The notes beneath the pieces are model-generated. The model made no database searches and was not told where the DNA came from. It saw nothing but the letters and a program-made list of their open reading frames with translations. The position numbers were made by a program, and so were the translations under genes. 64,000 nucleotides of DNA from a bacterium (GTDB lineage Bacteria > UBA8248): NCBI GenBank assembly GCA_965200245.1, contig CBDATS010000015.1, positions 96,001 through 160,000 of the forward strand. Reading direction: 5' to 3'. Of the stretch, positions 20,436 to 30,622 are shown piece after piece (position 1 is the first letter of the stretch; the number at the start of each line of letters is the position of its first letter).

Positions 20436-20627
20436 TCAGTCGTAATCCTTGCCTTCGGAGTCCGAGACATTGCGGTAGTAGTCCTGAATGTCGTCAACGA
20501 GGTGGTCGACCTCGGTTTTTGGTTTTTCCTGCTTCGATGCCATATAGCGGTGCAGTAGATAGAAGGCGATGAAGCCCAGAAAAAAGCCCGGTGCCGCTCC
20601 GTCGACAAATGTCTGGTATCCGCCCAT
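20436..20627 (-). CDS. Small single-pass membrane protein
   Basis: One TM segment and an acidic tail; GGAG upstream. Confidence 0.5.
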   Translation of the reverse strand: MGGYQTFVDGAAPGFFLGFIAFYLLHRYMASKQEKPKTEVDHLVDDIQDYYRNVSDSEGKDYD

Positions 20628-20784
20628 CAGAACGCTCCAGATTGGGATGTCCGTGTATGCTTCACCATATCGTTACGCGCGTTCGCATGTCAACCGAATT
20701 AGTTGTTGGGCCGTTTCGTCAGGAAGCGTTAAGGTGTGGAAATGCAGCGATGATGAAGAACCTCATCCGAAGTGAGGATTATCC

Positions 20785-22917
20785 ATGAGCGAAAAAAAGC
20801 CCAGGACGTACACTCTCGAGAGGCCCTTACCTTCGCCCGCGCGGCGCAAGGCGTATGAGGAGAAGTTAAACCCCCGGCAATTGGAGGTTGTGATGGTGGG
20901 TGGGGGGCCGCTGCTGGTGATCGCGGGCGCTGGAAGCGGGAAGACGCACACCATTACCTATCGCCTTGCGCGCCTGGTGGAAGAGGGTATCGCACCCGAA
21001 TCCATCCTCCTTGTAACTTTCACGAACAAGGCCGCGCGCGAGATGCTTCACCGGGCCGCCTCGCTCATACAGATAGACGCGCGGCGCGTCTGGGGCGGCA
21101 CGTTCCACCACGTGGGGAATTTAATCTTGCGGCGGTACAGTAATCTCATCGGATATGATCCTGCCTTCACTATTCTGGACAGGGAGGACTCGGCCGATCT
21201 CGTGACCGAGTGTATCCGTCTCGCCGGACTCGACCCGAAAGAGAAGTATTTCCCGACGGGCCGCGTTCTCGAGTCGATTTTCTCCCTCGCTGCCGATATT
21301 AACAGAAGTGTCGCGGATACGGTGCTGCACCGCTATTCATACCTGGCGGATCGCCTGGGAGAAATAGAAGCAATCGCTGTCCAGTACGAGAAGCGCAAGA
21401 AAGAACTTCAGGCGGTGGATTTCTCGGGTCTTCTCTCACTCACGCGGAATCTGCTCGCTGAAAACGAGGAGGTGCGCAGGGAACTCCAGGCGCGGTTTCG
21501 CTACGTCCTTGTGGATGAATACCAGGACACGAACAAGGTGCAGGCCGACCTTGTTGACTTCCTGGCGGGAGATCGGAAAAACGTCATGGTGGTAGGCGAC
21601 GATGCGCAGAGTATCTACAGCTTCCGGGGGGCGCATTTCGAGAACATCATAACTTTTCCCGAACGCTATCCGGATGCCAGACTCTTTCGTCTGGAAGAGA
21701 ACTACAGGAGCACGGTCAACATCCTGGCGCTTGCCAACGCTTCCATCTCCCACAACAAGCGCCAGTTTGAAAAAAATCTAAGGACTTCTCGCGGTGAGGG
21801 GATGAAGCCCGCCCTCGTGGCCGCGCGCGACGCCATGCAGCAGGCGGACTTCGTGGTCGACCGAACGCTCGCGCTGCGCGATGAGGATGAGGTTCCACTC
21901 TCTCAAATTGCAGTGCTCTACCGTGCACATTATCACTCGATGGAGCTTCAGATGGAACTCACCCGTCGGGGAATTCCCTTCGAGATCAGGAGCGGACTGC
22001 GCTTTTTCGAGCAGCGCCACATCAAGGACGTGACGGCTTTCTTGAGACTCGTGAGTTCCCCTGCGGACGAGTTGGCCTGGAAGCGCGCGTTGAAGCTTCT
22101 GCCCGGCGTGGGGGACGTTACGGCACGCCGGGTGTGGGAGCAGGTGAGGATGTATGAAGAGCCATTCTCTTTTCTCGCGAGCAGTGAGGTGGATTTCATC
22201 CCCGGAACCGCGCGCAAGGGTTTTGAGACTTTCAGAAAGCTGATTGTCGATCTCACGGGTACGCCCTGTGCCGCCGGGGATGAAAAATCCGCCGTCCCAC
22301 CAACGGAAATGATAAATCTCGTGCTGGATAGGTTCTATCAGGACTATGTCGAGAACACCCTGGAGGATGCGCCGGCGCGCATCGAGGATGTGCGCCAACT
22401 CGCGGAATACGCGATGCAGTACGACGGGGCGACGGCGTTTCTCTCGGAGCTGGCGCTTATGGGAACAGCCGCTGCAGCAGGCCCCGTGACCCCGGGCGAG
22501 CAGGACGAGCCGGATGAGGCAATGATCCTGACCTCGGTTCACCAGGCGAAGGGTCTGGAGTGGAAGGTGGTTTTTCTTATCTGGCTCACCGACACGCATT
22601 TCCCCTTGACGCGGGCCCTGAAGGACCCCGAGGGCGAGGAAGAGGAAAGGAGGCTTTTCTATGTCGCTCTCACGCGGGCGAAGGATGAACTCTACATGTG
22701 CCAGCCCATGCTCGAGAGCGAGAAATGGAATATGGGGGCGTTCTCCCGGCTTTCGAGATACGTGGAGGAATTGCCGGACGAGCTTTATGAGCGCTGGCTA
22801 CTGGAAGAGGAAACGATAGAGACGCCGCAGGATGAAAGAGCCCCCGAGCCTGCTTCTCGCCTCGCAGATCCTGATGAGCCAGACGGACTGCGTTATGAAT
22901 ATGACGAGAGCGTTTGA
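20785..22917 (+). CDS. UvrD/PcrA-like ATP-dependent DNA helicase
   Basis: AGAGSGKT, TFTNKAA, DEYQD, NYRS, HQAKGLE and EERRLFYVA motifs. Confidence 0.95.
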   Translation: MSEKKPRTYTLERPLPSPARRKAYEEKLNPRQLEVVMVGGGPLLVIAGAGSGKTHTITYRLARLVEEGIAPESILLVTFTNKAAREMLHRAASLIQIDARRVWGGTFHHVGNLILRRYSNLIGYDPAFTILDREDSADLVTECIRLAGLDPKEKYFPTGRVLESIFSLAADINRSVADTVLHRYSYLADRLGEIEAIAVQYEKRKKELQAVDFSGLLSLTRNLLAENEEVRRELQARFRYVLVDEYQDTNKVQADLVDFLAGDRKNVMVVGDDAQSIYSFRGAHFENIITFPERYPDARLFRLEENYRSTVNILALANASISHNKRQFEKNLRTSRGEGMKPALVAARDAMQQADFVVDRTLALRDEDEVPLSQIAVLYRAHYHSMELQMELTRRGIPFEIRSGLRFFEQRHIKDVTAFLRLVSSPADELAWKRALKLLPGVGDVTARRVWEQVRMYEEPFSFLASSEVDFIPGTARKGFETFRKLIVDLTGTPCAAGDEKSAVPPTEMINLVLDRFYQDYVENTLEDAPARIEDVRQLAEYAMQYDGATAFLSELALMGTAAAAGPVTPGEQDEPDEAMILTSVHQAKGLEWKVVFLIWLTDTHFPLTRALKDPEGEEEERRLFYVALTRAKDELYMCQPMLESEKWNMGAFSRLSRYVEELPDELYERWLLEEETIETPQDERAPEPASRLADPDEPDGLRYEYDESV

Positions 22918-23050
22918 GCGCTTGTTCGCCGCCGCCCCTTCGCGCTATGATTTTTCGGTGAATTCCATGAAGTTGTAGAGGTTCTTCCATGAGGGAGTCT
23001 TTTGTGAAAGGCCTCGTACCGGATTGTGATTCACCATAATCAATGGAGGT

Positions 23051-23863
23051 ATGAAATACGTGCCCGAAATAAAACAATATGCCCCGGGGAGTTTCTGCTG
23101 GGCTGACTTGGTGGCAAAAGAGTTGGGCGTCGCCAGGGATTTCTACACCTCGCTGTTCGATTGGACGTTTGAGGATCGACCCATGACGGACGAGTCGGTC
23201 TACACCATATTCTCGAAAGACAGAAACCAGGTCTGTGCCATGTTCGAGATGTTTCCAGGCATGCTCGAGAGTGGCCACCCATCCTTCTGGCAAAGCTACG
23301 TGGCGGTCGAGAGCGTGGATGAGACCGTGAAAAAAACTGTGGAACTCGGCGGCCAAATCCCCCATGAACCGTGCGACGTGTTCGATGCGGGCCGCATGGC
23401 GATGATTCGCGACCCGGGAGAGGCTTTCCTTTGTCTCTGGCAGCCGAAAGCGCACAAGGGGGCCGACGTCATGGGCGAGCCGGGCGCGCTCATCTGGAAC
23501 GAACTCATCACCAAGGATGTAGATCGCACGGGCGCCTTCTACGGCGAACTGTTCGGCTGGAAGAGTGTCGTTACGCCGAGTCCCTCGGGTGGGGATTACA
23601 CAGTGTTCATGAGTGGGGAGGAGCCGCGCGCGGGCATGCTCGAACTCACTCCCGACATGGGCGGAATGCCCCCACACTGGGGGGTGTATTTTCAGGTTGA
23701 AAGCCTCGACGCCGCGCTCGATAAGGCGAAGCGCCTGGGCGGGCAGGACACGTTCCCGCCGATGGAGGTTCCCGACGTGGGGAGATTCGGCGGAATCATG
23801 GACCCGCAGGGGGCGTGTTTCACGGCGATGGAACCGATGGGTTCTGGAGATTGTTCCCTTTGA
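23051..23863 (+). CDS. VOC/glyoxalase family protein with two domains
   Basis: PGSFCWADL..FY..LFDW and GALIWNEL..FY..LFGW; DPQGA. Confidence 0.9.
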   Translation: MKYVPEIKQYAPGSFCWADLVAKELGVARDFYTSLFDWTFEDRPMTDESVYTIFSKDRNQVCAMFEMFPGMLESGHPSFWQSYVAVESVDETVKKTVELGGQIPHEPCDVFDAGRMAMIRDPGEAFLCLWQPKAHKGADVMGEPGALIWNELITKDVDRTGAFYGELFGWKSVVTPSPSGGDYTVFMSGEEPRAGMLELTPDMGGMPPHWGVYFQVESLDAALDKAKRLGGQDTFPPMEVPDVGRFGGIMDPQGACFTAMEPMGSGDCSL

Positions 23864-23902
23864 AGCCGTTTTCGGCTTGTTTCGACAGGAGCATGGATAC
23901 GT

Positions 23903-24547
23903 ATGAAATACAAAACCATCGACCCCGCCGATAACCACTGGCGACAGAACTACCGCTTGCTCGTCGGCTCCGTTGTGCCGAGGCCCATCGCTTGGGTGAG
24001 CACCATCAGCGCGGACGGCTACGCCAACCTTGCGCCCTTCAGCTTCTTCACCTGCGTGGGTCACGACCCACCCCTGCTCTCGATATCGGTGGGCGTGCGC
24101 GAGAAGTCCTATAAGGATACGGCACGCAACATCATGGAGACGCAAGGTTACGTCATCCACACGGTGGTGGATGGGCTGGAGGAGCAGATGAACATCTGCG
24201 CGGACGACTTCCCCTTTGAGGTGAGCGAGTTCGAGGAAGCGGGCTTGACGCCGATAGTCTCGGACCTCGTGAAGGCGCCTCGTATCGCCGAAGCCCCCGT
24301 AGCCATGGAGTGTCAGTTCCGCCACCTCATCACGAACGGGCGCGAACACCTGACGAACGTCATCATCGGCGAGGTGGTGCGCTGGCACGTGCGCGAGGAC
24401 GTGATGATTGAGGAGGGGAAATACATCGACCCCGTACTGCTCCGGCCCGTGGGCAGGCTCGCGGGCAACGGATACTGCCGTTCGCACGACGTGTTCGATA
24501 TGCAGCGGCCCGATAGGAAGGCGACACAGTTCAGCCCGAAAGGATGA
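23903..24547 (+). CDS. Flavin reductase family protein
   Basis: VPRPIAWVST, NLAPFSFF, KDT.RN and GRLAG motifs. Confidence 0.92.
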   Translation: MKYKTIDPADNHWRQNYRLLVGSVVPRPIAWVSTISADGYANLAPFSFFTCVGHDPPLLSISVGVREKSYKDTARNIMETQGYVIHTVVDGLEEQMNICADDFPFEVSEFEEAGLTPIVSDLVKAPRIAEAPVAMECQFRHLITNGREHLTNVIIGEVVRWHVREDVMIEEGKYIDPVLLRPVGRLAGNGYCRSHDVFDMQRPDRKATQFSPKG

Positions 24548-24591
24548 ACCGGAATGATATTATATCCTCTTAAGCGAAGGAGAGGAATCAG

Positions 24592-25662
24592 ATGAGTGAT
24601 ATTCCTGAAACCATGAAGGCCGCCGTGACCCACGGCGCGCACGAAGTGCGGATCGAACAGATTCCCGTGCCCGACTACGAACCCGGCCAGGTGCTGGTGA
24701 AGGTAGCCGCTTGCGGCATCTGCGGCACGGATATCCATATCTACGAGGGACATATGCGTCCCATGTGGCCGCCCTATTATCCTTTCGTCTAGGGACATGA
24801 ATGGGCGGGGGAGGTGGCCGCTATCGGGAGCGGAGTGCGAACTGACCTGGAAGTGGGCGATCGCGTCATCATGGAGCCGACCATCGGCTGCGGGTCATGC
24901 ACCACCTGCGTCCGGGGCGACTACCACATATGTGAGAACGCTGCGAAGCCCGACGGTGGCTACAAGCTCCTTGGCCACACGGCGAATGGCGCGTTCAGCG
25001 AGTACGGCGTTGCACCTCCGAACAACCTCCACCAGATGCCCGATTCCCTGAAATGGGAGGATGCGGTGATAGTGAACCAGGTTGTCATCGCGCTCCATGC
25101 CATCGAGCGCGCGGGCATCGAACCCGCCGACACCGTGGCGATCCTAGGACCCGGCTTGCTGGGCCTCTCCGTGCTGCAACTCGTGAAGATGATGGGCGCA
25201 TCCAGGATATTCATCACTGGGCGCGGCTACCGGCTCGCAATTGCGGAGGATTTGGGCGCCGACCGCACCATCGACATTACGAAAGAAGATCCCGTCGAAG
25301 TCGTACGGAGCGAAACGGACGGCCGCGGGGTGGATCTCGTCATCGAGTGCGCAGGACCGCCCGAGACGATGCGGCAGGCAGTGGACATGGCCCGGAGAGG
25401 CGGGCGCGTGGTGCTGGAGGGTATCAACGGCGGTCAGGAGGTGTCCTTGAACACGGATCGCATCGTGTTGGATGAGATAGCCATTTTCGGTGGTCGCGGG
25501 TCGCCCAACTGCTATCCGAGAGCGATCCAGATTATCGCCGACGGTCACATCGCCACCGACAAGATGCTCACGCACTCGTTTGCGCTCGATGACTTCAATG
25601 AGGCGATGCGCATGTTCAAGGCGAGAGAGGACGGCGTGATGCGCGTGATGCTCATGCCCTAG
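24592..25662 (+). pseudogene. Zn-dependent alcohol dehydrogenase (MDR) interrupted by an in-frame TAG at 24790-24792
   Basis: GICGTD..PFV*GHEW; structural Zn cysteines CGSCTTC..C; GPGLLG; both halves are in the same frame. Confidence 0.85.
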
Positions 25663-25735
25663 CATTGTTGAGGAATTCGCAGCAGCGCTTGATACGCTCG
25701 GAGCCAAGCCCGGCTTCGGCGAGGGGGAAATTCCG

Positions 25736-26785
25736 ATGTCCCGAAAACTCCTGCCTACCACCGTCGTGGGCAGCTACACACAGCCGGAATGGCTCATCGA
25801 CCGGGAGAACCTCAACACACGTCTCCCTCCGCGCGTGCGCGTGCAGGAGTTGTGGCGCATCGCGTCCGAGTTCCTTGAAGCCGCGCAGGATGACGCCACC
25901 CTCCTTGCCATACGTGACATGGAGCGAGCGGGAATCGATATCATTTCGGACGGCGAGGTGCGCCGTGAGAGTTATTCGAATCGCGTCGCCACGGCCTTGG
26001 GGGGCATCGACACCGAGAACCATGGCTATGCGAAAGACCGCTCGGGTCGGGATAATCCCGTCCCCCGGGTGATTGGCAAAATTCATCGTCCGAGGCCCAT
26101 TGAGGTGAGCGACGTGGAGTTTCTGCGCGCCAACACCGACAGGCAGATCAAGATCACTCTGCCAGGTCCATTTACCATGACGCAGCAGGCGCAGGATGAT
26201 TATTACGGCGGAGATCAGCGCGCAATGGCGCTCGACTACGCCCGAGCGGTGAACGAGGAGGTGAAGGACATGTTCACCGCAGGTGCGGACGTGGTGCAGA
26301 TAGACGAGCCCTATATGCAGGCGCGCGCGGAGATTGCCAGGGAGTTCGCCCTGGAAGTGCTCTCCGAGGCGCTGAAGGGCGTCGAGGGCACGACCGCACT
26401 TCACATGTGTTTCGGCTACGCAGCTATCCACGCCTGGCAGGGATTGGGCAAGCCCGACGCCTATTCCTTCCTGCCGGAATTGAACGAGAGCGACATCGAC
26501 CAGATATCCATCGAGGCGGCCCAGCCGGACATCGACCTCGCTGTGCTGAAGAAGCTACCGAACAAGACTATCATCTTGGGTGTCATCGACAACGGTGACA
26601 ATGAAATTGAATCCCCCGAAACGGTTGCCTCTCGCATCCGGGCGGCGCTTGAGCACGTATCGCCCGAGCGGCTCATCCTCGCGCCTGATTGCGGGATGAA
26701 ATACATGGACCGCGATGTCGCCTTCGGCAAGCTCAAGTCCATGGCCGAGGGTGCGGCTATCGTACGCGAGGAAATTGAGGGATAG
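25736..26785 (+). CDS. Cobalamin-independent methionine synthase II family (single barrel)
   Basis: VVGSY, DGEVRR, QIDEP, HMCFG and APDCG (Zn ligands). Confidence 0.9.
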   Translation: MSRKLLPTTVVGSYTQPEWLIDRENLNTRLPPRVRVQELWRIASEFLEAAQDDATLLAIRDMERAGIDIISDGEVRRESYSNRVATALGGIDTENHGYAKDRSGRDNPVPRVIGKIHRPRPIEVSDVEFLRANTDRQIKITLPGPFTMTQQAQDDYYGGDQRAMALDYARAVNEEVKDMFTAGADVVQIDEPYMQARAEIAREFALEVLSEALKGVEGTTALHMCFGYAAIHAWQGLGKPDAYSFLPELNESDIDQISIEAAQPDIDLAVLKKLPNKTIILGVIDNGDNEIESPETVASRIRAALEHVSPERLILAPDCGMKYMDRDVAFGKLKSMAEGAAIVREEIEG

Positions 26786-26879
26786 GGAACAGCAGTATTC
26801 TGGTGGCCTGAGCAACCGGTTTTGGTATCGTGTCCGCAACATCCGCCCATTTGTTGTTATCAGTTCCTCATGACAGCGG

Positions 26880-27737
26880 ATGGCCATGAGCATGAAAGCG
26901 GACGCTCTCAAAGCGAAGCACAATGCCTTTGACAAGAAACCCGGACCGCCGCTCAAATGGGCCGGCGGCAAACGGTGGCTCGTCCCGCGCATACGGGCCT
27001 ATTGGGACCACAACCGCGAGTGCCGCCTCGTCGAACCTTTCTGCGGCGGGCTGGCGGTCGCGCTCGGTCTTTGTCCGGTGCGGGCGCTCTTGAACGATAT
27101 CAACGCCCCACTCATGAATTTTTACGCTTGGCTCAAGAAGGGCCTCTCAAGAGTCCGACTCGACATGCGAAACGACTCTGATCTCTACTACGCCCACAGG
27201 GAGCGGTTCAACGCGCTGCTCATGAGTGGACGAGGACGCAGCAAGGAGGCGGCGGGGTTATTCTATTACTTGAACCGCACGGGCTACAACGGGCTTTGCC
27301 GTTTCAACTCCAGGGGCGAGTTCAATGTCCCCTCCGGACGCTACAGCCATATCAACTACGTGCGGGATTTCACAGTCTACCGGGAGATTTTTGCAGGCTG
27401 GGAGTTTCTGTGTCAGGATTTCGAGACGCTCCCCATCGAGCCTGATGATTTCATCTACGCGGACCCTCCCTATGACGTCGAATTCACCCGATACGCCAAA
27501 GAGGATTTCTCTTGGGCGGACCAGTTGCGACTCGCGGAATTTCTGGCTGCGCACAAAGGCCCCGTGGTGCTCTCGAACCAGGCGACGCCGAGAATCGTGG
27601 CGCTTTATGAGAAAAACGGCTTCATACTTCACTTTCTTGAAGGCCCGCGCCGTATCAGTTGCACGGGTGATCGATCCCCTGCTATGGAGGTATTGGCTGT
27701 GCGGGGGATGGAAAACGAAAAGCTTCGAATCAGTTAG
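26880..27737 (+). CDS. Dam-family DNA adenine methyltransferase
   Basis: PLKWAGGK, EPFCGG, YNGLCRFN and DPPY motifs. Confidence 0.92.
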   Translation: MAMSMKADALKAKHNAFDKKPGPPLKWAGGKRWLVPRIRAYWDHNRECRLVEPFCGGLAVALGLCPVRALLNDINAPLMNFYAWLKKGLSRVRLDMRNDSDLYYAHRERFNALLMSGRGRSKEAAGLFYYLNRTGYNGLCRFNSRGEFNVPSGRYSHINYVRDFTVYREIFAGWEFLCQDFETLPIEPDDFIYADPPYDVEFTRYAKEDFSWADQLRLAEFLAAHKGPVVLSNQATPRIVALYEKNGFILHFLEGPRRISCTGDRSPAMEVLAVRGMENEKLRIS

Positions 27738-27749
27738 TGACTGGTACCC

Positions 27750-27954
27750 TATATTGGGGGGCGGCGGGTCCGGGGAGGGCAAGGTTGTCACCATCACCGG
27801 TGGTTGCGAGACCTGTGACGGCGGGTCGTTCGAACTGGTGTTTCGTGGACCGGTGGTGGATGCACAACAGGTTCGCGAGTGCCGCCGCCTAAGTATCGGC
27901 CACGGCGGAGGTGAAAGTCTAGGTGGCGCGGCTGGAGGGAATGTGGCAAACTGA
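27750..27954 (+). pseudogene. C-terminal remnant of a DUF499-like ATPase
   Basis: KVVTITGG.ET.DGGSFEL.FRGPV.DAQ.VRE resembles the recalled C-terminus of this family; supported by position. Confidence 0.45.
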
Positions 27955-28405
27955 AACGCCCACTTTTGTACCTTGCCAGGAGTTACGAGTGAGGCGTCAT
28001 GGGTCAGCAGATACCGCATACGAAATCTGGGAACTACCTGCGGCTGCCTCACCGCGTGTGATCTGCGCGCAGCGCGTCGCCGGGTTGCAGGGCCATAATC
28101 ACGAACTAGTGGAGCATAGGGTGCTCTGAAGGTTCTCGCAAGCCGGGATAAAACCTGTATAGCGCGTCGATGGGACGAAGCGAGGCCATGCACTGATCGA
28201 GGACCTTGCGCTAGTGTCGGGACTTCTGTTCCGCACACTGGCCCACGATAATATAAGGGTGGTAGCGGAAGGAATCGAGGTGATGACTTGCGAGAAGGCC
28301 GCTTACTGGATCGGCATGGCGACGCACCGTAAGCATCCCCGCTGGGTGCTGACCGTATTGCGGGTTCTCCTCACGGAGCCGAGAGCGAAGGAGTTTCGCT
28401 CGTGA
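27941..28405 (+). pseudogene. Small accessory gene of DUF499/DUF1156 operons, with two in-frame stops
   Basis: LRVRRHG, RVAGLQG, LLFRTLA, AEGIE.M and AAYWIGMA.HR read in one frame across a TGA at 28127 and a later TAG. Confidence 0.6.
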
Positions 28406-29709
28406 AATTGAAATCTGTACACATCGAAAATTTCCGCGCGATCGAGGAATTGCGGCTGTCGCTCGATTCGCAACTGACGGTTCTTCACGGCGACAATGCC
28501 CATGGCAAGACAAGCGTTCTACGCGCGATTGCGCTCGGTTTGGGTGCGGTACCGATGTTGCTACCCGATGTATCGGGAATCGGCTTCTCGAAAAAGGACC
28601 AGCGTGAGGGAAAAGGTACCAGAGTTTCGCTGACCACAACTGAAGAGATTTGTTGGGAACGAACTTCCGGATTAAAACGAAAAACGGGATGGTTTTTGAG
28701 GAAGGACAAGAACGAGGAACCACCCCGTCACCCCTTGAGAGTTCTCAAGCAATGGCTGGAAAGCAATGCGCTGAAAGCCTGGGGCACCCCGGTAGATATT
28801 CCGATCTTGACCTTCTATGACACGGAAAGGGCTGTTTCAAACCTGACAAAACCGCGTGGTCTCCCGAAGAGCTCGCCGTCACGCTATGCCGCGCTTGCGG
28901 GTGCACTCTCCGCAAGGACCAGCTTCCGAGAACTGTTCGAATGGTTCTATTCAAAGGAAAATGAAGAACTGAGGGAGCAGCGGGAACGGCGAGACCATGA
29001 TTACCGAATAAAGGAACTGTCTGTCGTCCGTACAGCGATTTCATCGATGATCCAAGGCGTTACTGAGCCGCATGTCGAACTTCGTCCACTTCGATTTGTG
29101 GTGTCCGAAAGGCTGAATGGAGAATCTCCTGTGAAGCGGACTCTCGATCAGCTAAGTGGCGGCTATCAGGCCGTGCTTGCACTGGCCGCGGATCTTGCCT
29201 GGAGAATGGCGCAAGGCAACCCGGATCGAGAAAATCCGCTCGAATCCGAGGCGATCGCTTTAATCGACGAGATTGAGTTGCATCTGCATCCATCCTGGCA
29301 GCAACGGATTTTGGGAGACTTGGTGCGTACCTTTCCGAATACCCAGTTTATTGTCTCGACACATAGCCCTCAGATATTGACGACTGTTCAGCCGCACCAG
29401 ATCGTGGAATTGTATAGGGAAAATAATCGTATATTTACGCGGCAAGTGACGGAGGCAACCTTTGGAGCTATGGCCGGTGGTGTCCTGTCGACTGTAATGG
29501 GCGTCCAGGAACGTCCTAGTGCCAACACATTCGTAAAGACTTTGGAATGTTACACAAGTTTTGTGCGTGATGGCCGTGGTGAGTGCGAGGAGGCCCTGTT
29601 GTTGCGGCGGAAACTTGAAGACCTGTCTCCCCGTGACCCAGCACTTGACAGAGCCGATATTGAAATCAGGCGGCAACAGCTCATGAGGAAGATGGGAAAA
29701 CAGGAGTGA
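28402..29709 (+). CDS. ABC/AAA ATPase, PtuA-like (Septu or retron effector)
   Basis: IENFR, GDNAHGKT, QLSGG, IDEIELHLHPSWQ and QFIVSTHSP motifs. Confidence 0.85.
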   Translation: MKLKSVHIENFRAIEELRLSLDSQLTVLHGDNAHGKTSVLRAIALGLGAVPMLLPDVSGIGFSKKDQREGKGTRVSLTTTEEICWERTSGLKRKTGWFLRKDKNEEPPRHPLRVLKQWLESNALKAWGTPVDIPILTFYDTERAVSNLTKPRGLPKSSPSRYAALAGALSARTSFRELFEWFYSKENEELREQRERRDHDYRIKELSVVRTAISSMIQGVTEPHVELRPLRFVVSERLNGESPVKRTLDQLSGGYQAVLALAADLAWRMAQGNPDRENPLESEAIALIDEIELHLHPSWQQRILGDLVRTFPNTQFIVSTHSPQILTTVQPHQIVELYRENNRIFTRQVTEATFGAMAGGVLSTVMGVQERPSANTFVKTLECYTSFVRDGRGECEEALLLRRKLEDLSPRDPALDRADIEIRRQQLMRKMGKQE

Positions 29710-30458
29710 AGCGTATCCGATCTTTGGATCGATGTCCTCCAGGTCTCGACACCTATCTCTTTGAGGGCCTTGAGGATACCAGGAACTGGGATGGTTTCCG
29801 AAGCCAGGAGGCGGGAGAATCGTATCTGGAATTGATCGAGAGATTGATCGATAGGCAACATGGGCTTTGTGGTTACTGCGAAATTAACATTCGAGAAACA
29901 GATAGACAGGTCGAACATGTAGTTCCTCAAAGCGACCCACAGCATGGCACCGCGCTGTTACTTGATTACCGCAATATGATTGCCTGCTGCAAGGGAGGAA
30001 CGTTACAGACCTCAGACAAGGTAAAGTGCCTTGATCCAGTAAGGTGCAATCTCAGTTGCGGTGAAGCCAAAGGCGATCTGGTGAGCGCAGATTTTATTGA
30101 TCCCCGCACGTTGCCCGATTTGCCCTCACTGACTCGGGTGAACTTCGACGGCCGAATGGAAGCTGACGCGAATTCGTGCAAAATACGGGGTGTTGACACC
30201 GGAAGGGTTGAAAGGACTATCAAGATACTTGGGTTGAATGTGGAACGTCTCCGGCGGGCAAGGGAAGACCGCTGGAACGCGCTTAGCGAAACCTGGAACT
30301 CTGATATCGAAGATCCCGAGATCATGAAAGCTGCTGCGCGAGAAGAGTTGCTTCCAGACAAGGACAATCGCTTGGCCCAATTTTTCACTACAAGACGAAG
30401 CTATTTTGATGTCTACGCAGAGAGTGTCCTCTCAGGAGAGCCTCGGGATTGGATTTGA
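29706..30458 (+). CDS. HNH endonuclease, PtuB-like (TIGR02646-like)
   Basis: QHGLCGYCE, VEHVVPQS, YRNMIACC, CGEAKG and LGLN motifs; GTGA overlap with the ATPase. Confidence 0.85.
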   Translation: MKRIRSLDRCPPGLDTYLFEGLEDTRNWDGFRSQEAGESYLELIERLIDRQHGLCGYCEINIRETDRQVEHVVPQSDPQHGTALLLDYRNMIACCKGGTLQTSDKVKCLDPVRCNLSCGEAKGDLVSADFIDPRTLPDLPSLTRVNFDGRMEADANSCKIRGVDTGRVERTIKILGLNVERLRRAREDRWNALSETWNSDIEDPEIMKAAAREELLPDKDNRLAQFFTTRRSYFDVYAESVLSGEPRDWI

Positions 30459-30461
30459 AGA

Positions 30462-30622
30462 ATGGCTAGCACCCGCTAGCTCGAACGCCGGTTGCCGATT
30501 GCGGCCGCGTCATCGAAGGCGAGGAGATCAAGCGGCAGGTACAGACCAACGGGATTGATGAGCAGCTTTATGCCGTCGTCTAGAAGAAGCGCGTGGACAG
30601 CATCCTGAAATTCGGCAGGCAC
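30462..30622 (+). pseudogene. Remnant of a DUF1156-type adenine methyltransferase
   Basis: MASTR*LERRLPIAA joined out of frame to DCGRVIEGEEIKRQVQ..EQLYAVV*KKRV; both segments resemble the family as recalled. Confidence 0.5.

Noticed and set aside
23852-23905. CSL-TGA at the end of the VOC gene, in frame with the flavin reductase and followed by a hairpin, as a third Sec site
   Set aside because: The hairpin abuts the TGA and has a UUUU loop, unlike the two SECIS-like elements; the VOC domain is already complete and the next gene has its own RBS
22670-24487. Long antisense ORFs (605 aa here; also 9771..11255, 17714..19099 and 38598..39887)
   Set aside because: They are shadows of well-supported genes on the opposite strand in GC-rich DNA and have no motifs of their own
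28127-28129. In-frame TGA in the small defence-associated gene as Sec
   Set aside because: It is not at a Cys motif, a TAG follows 11 codons later, and there is no matching hairpin
28402-30458. Retron (Ec78/Ec83-like) system
   Set aside because: No reverse transcriptase or msr-msd is recognisable in the window
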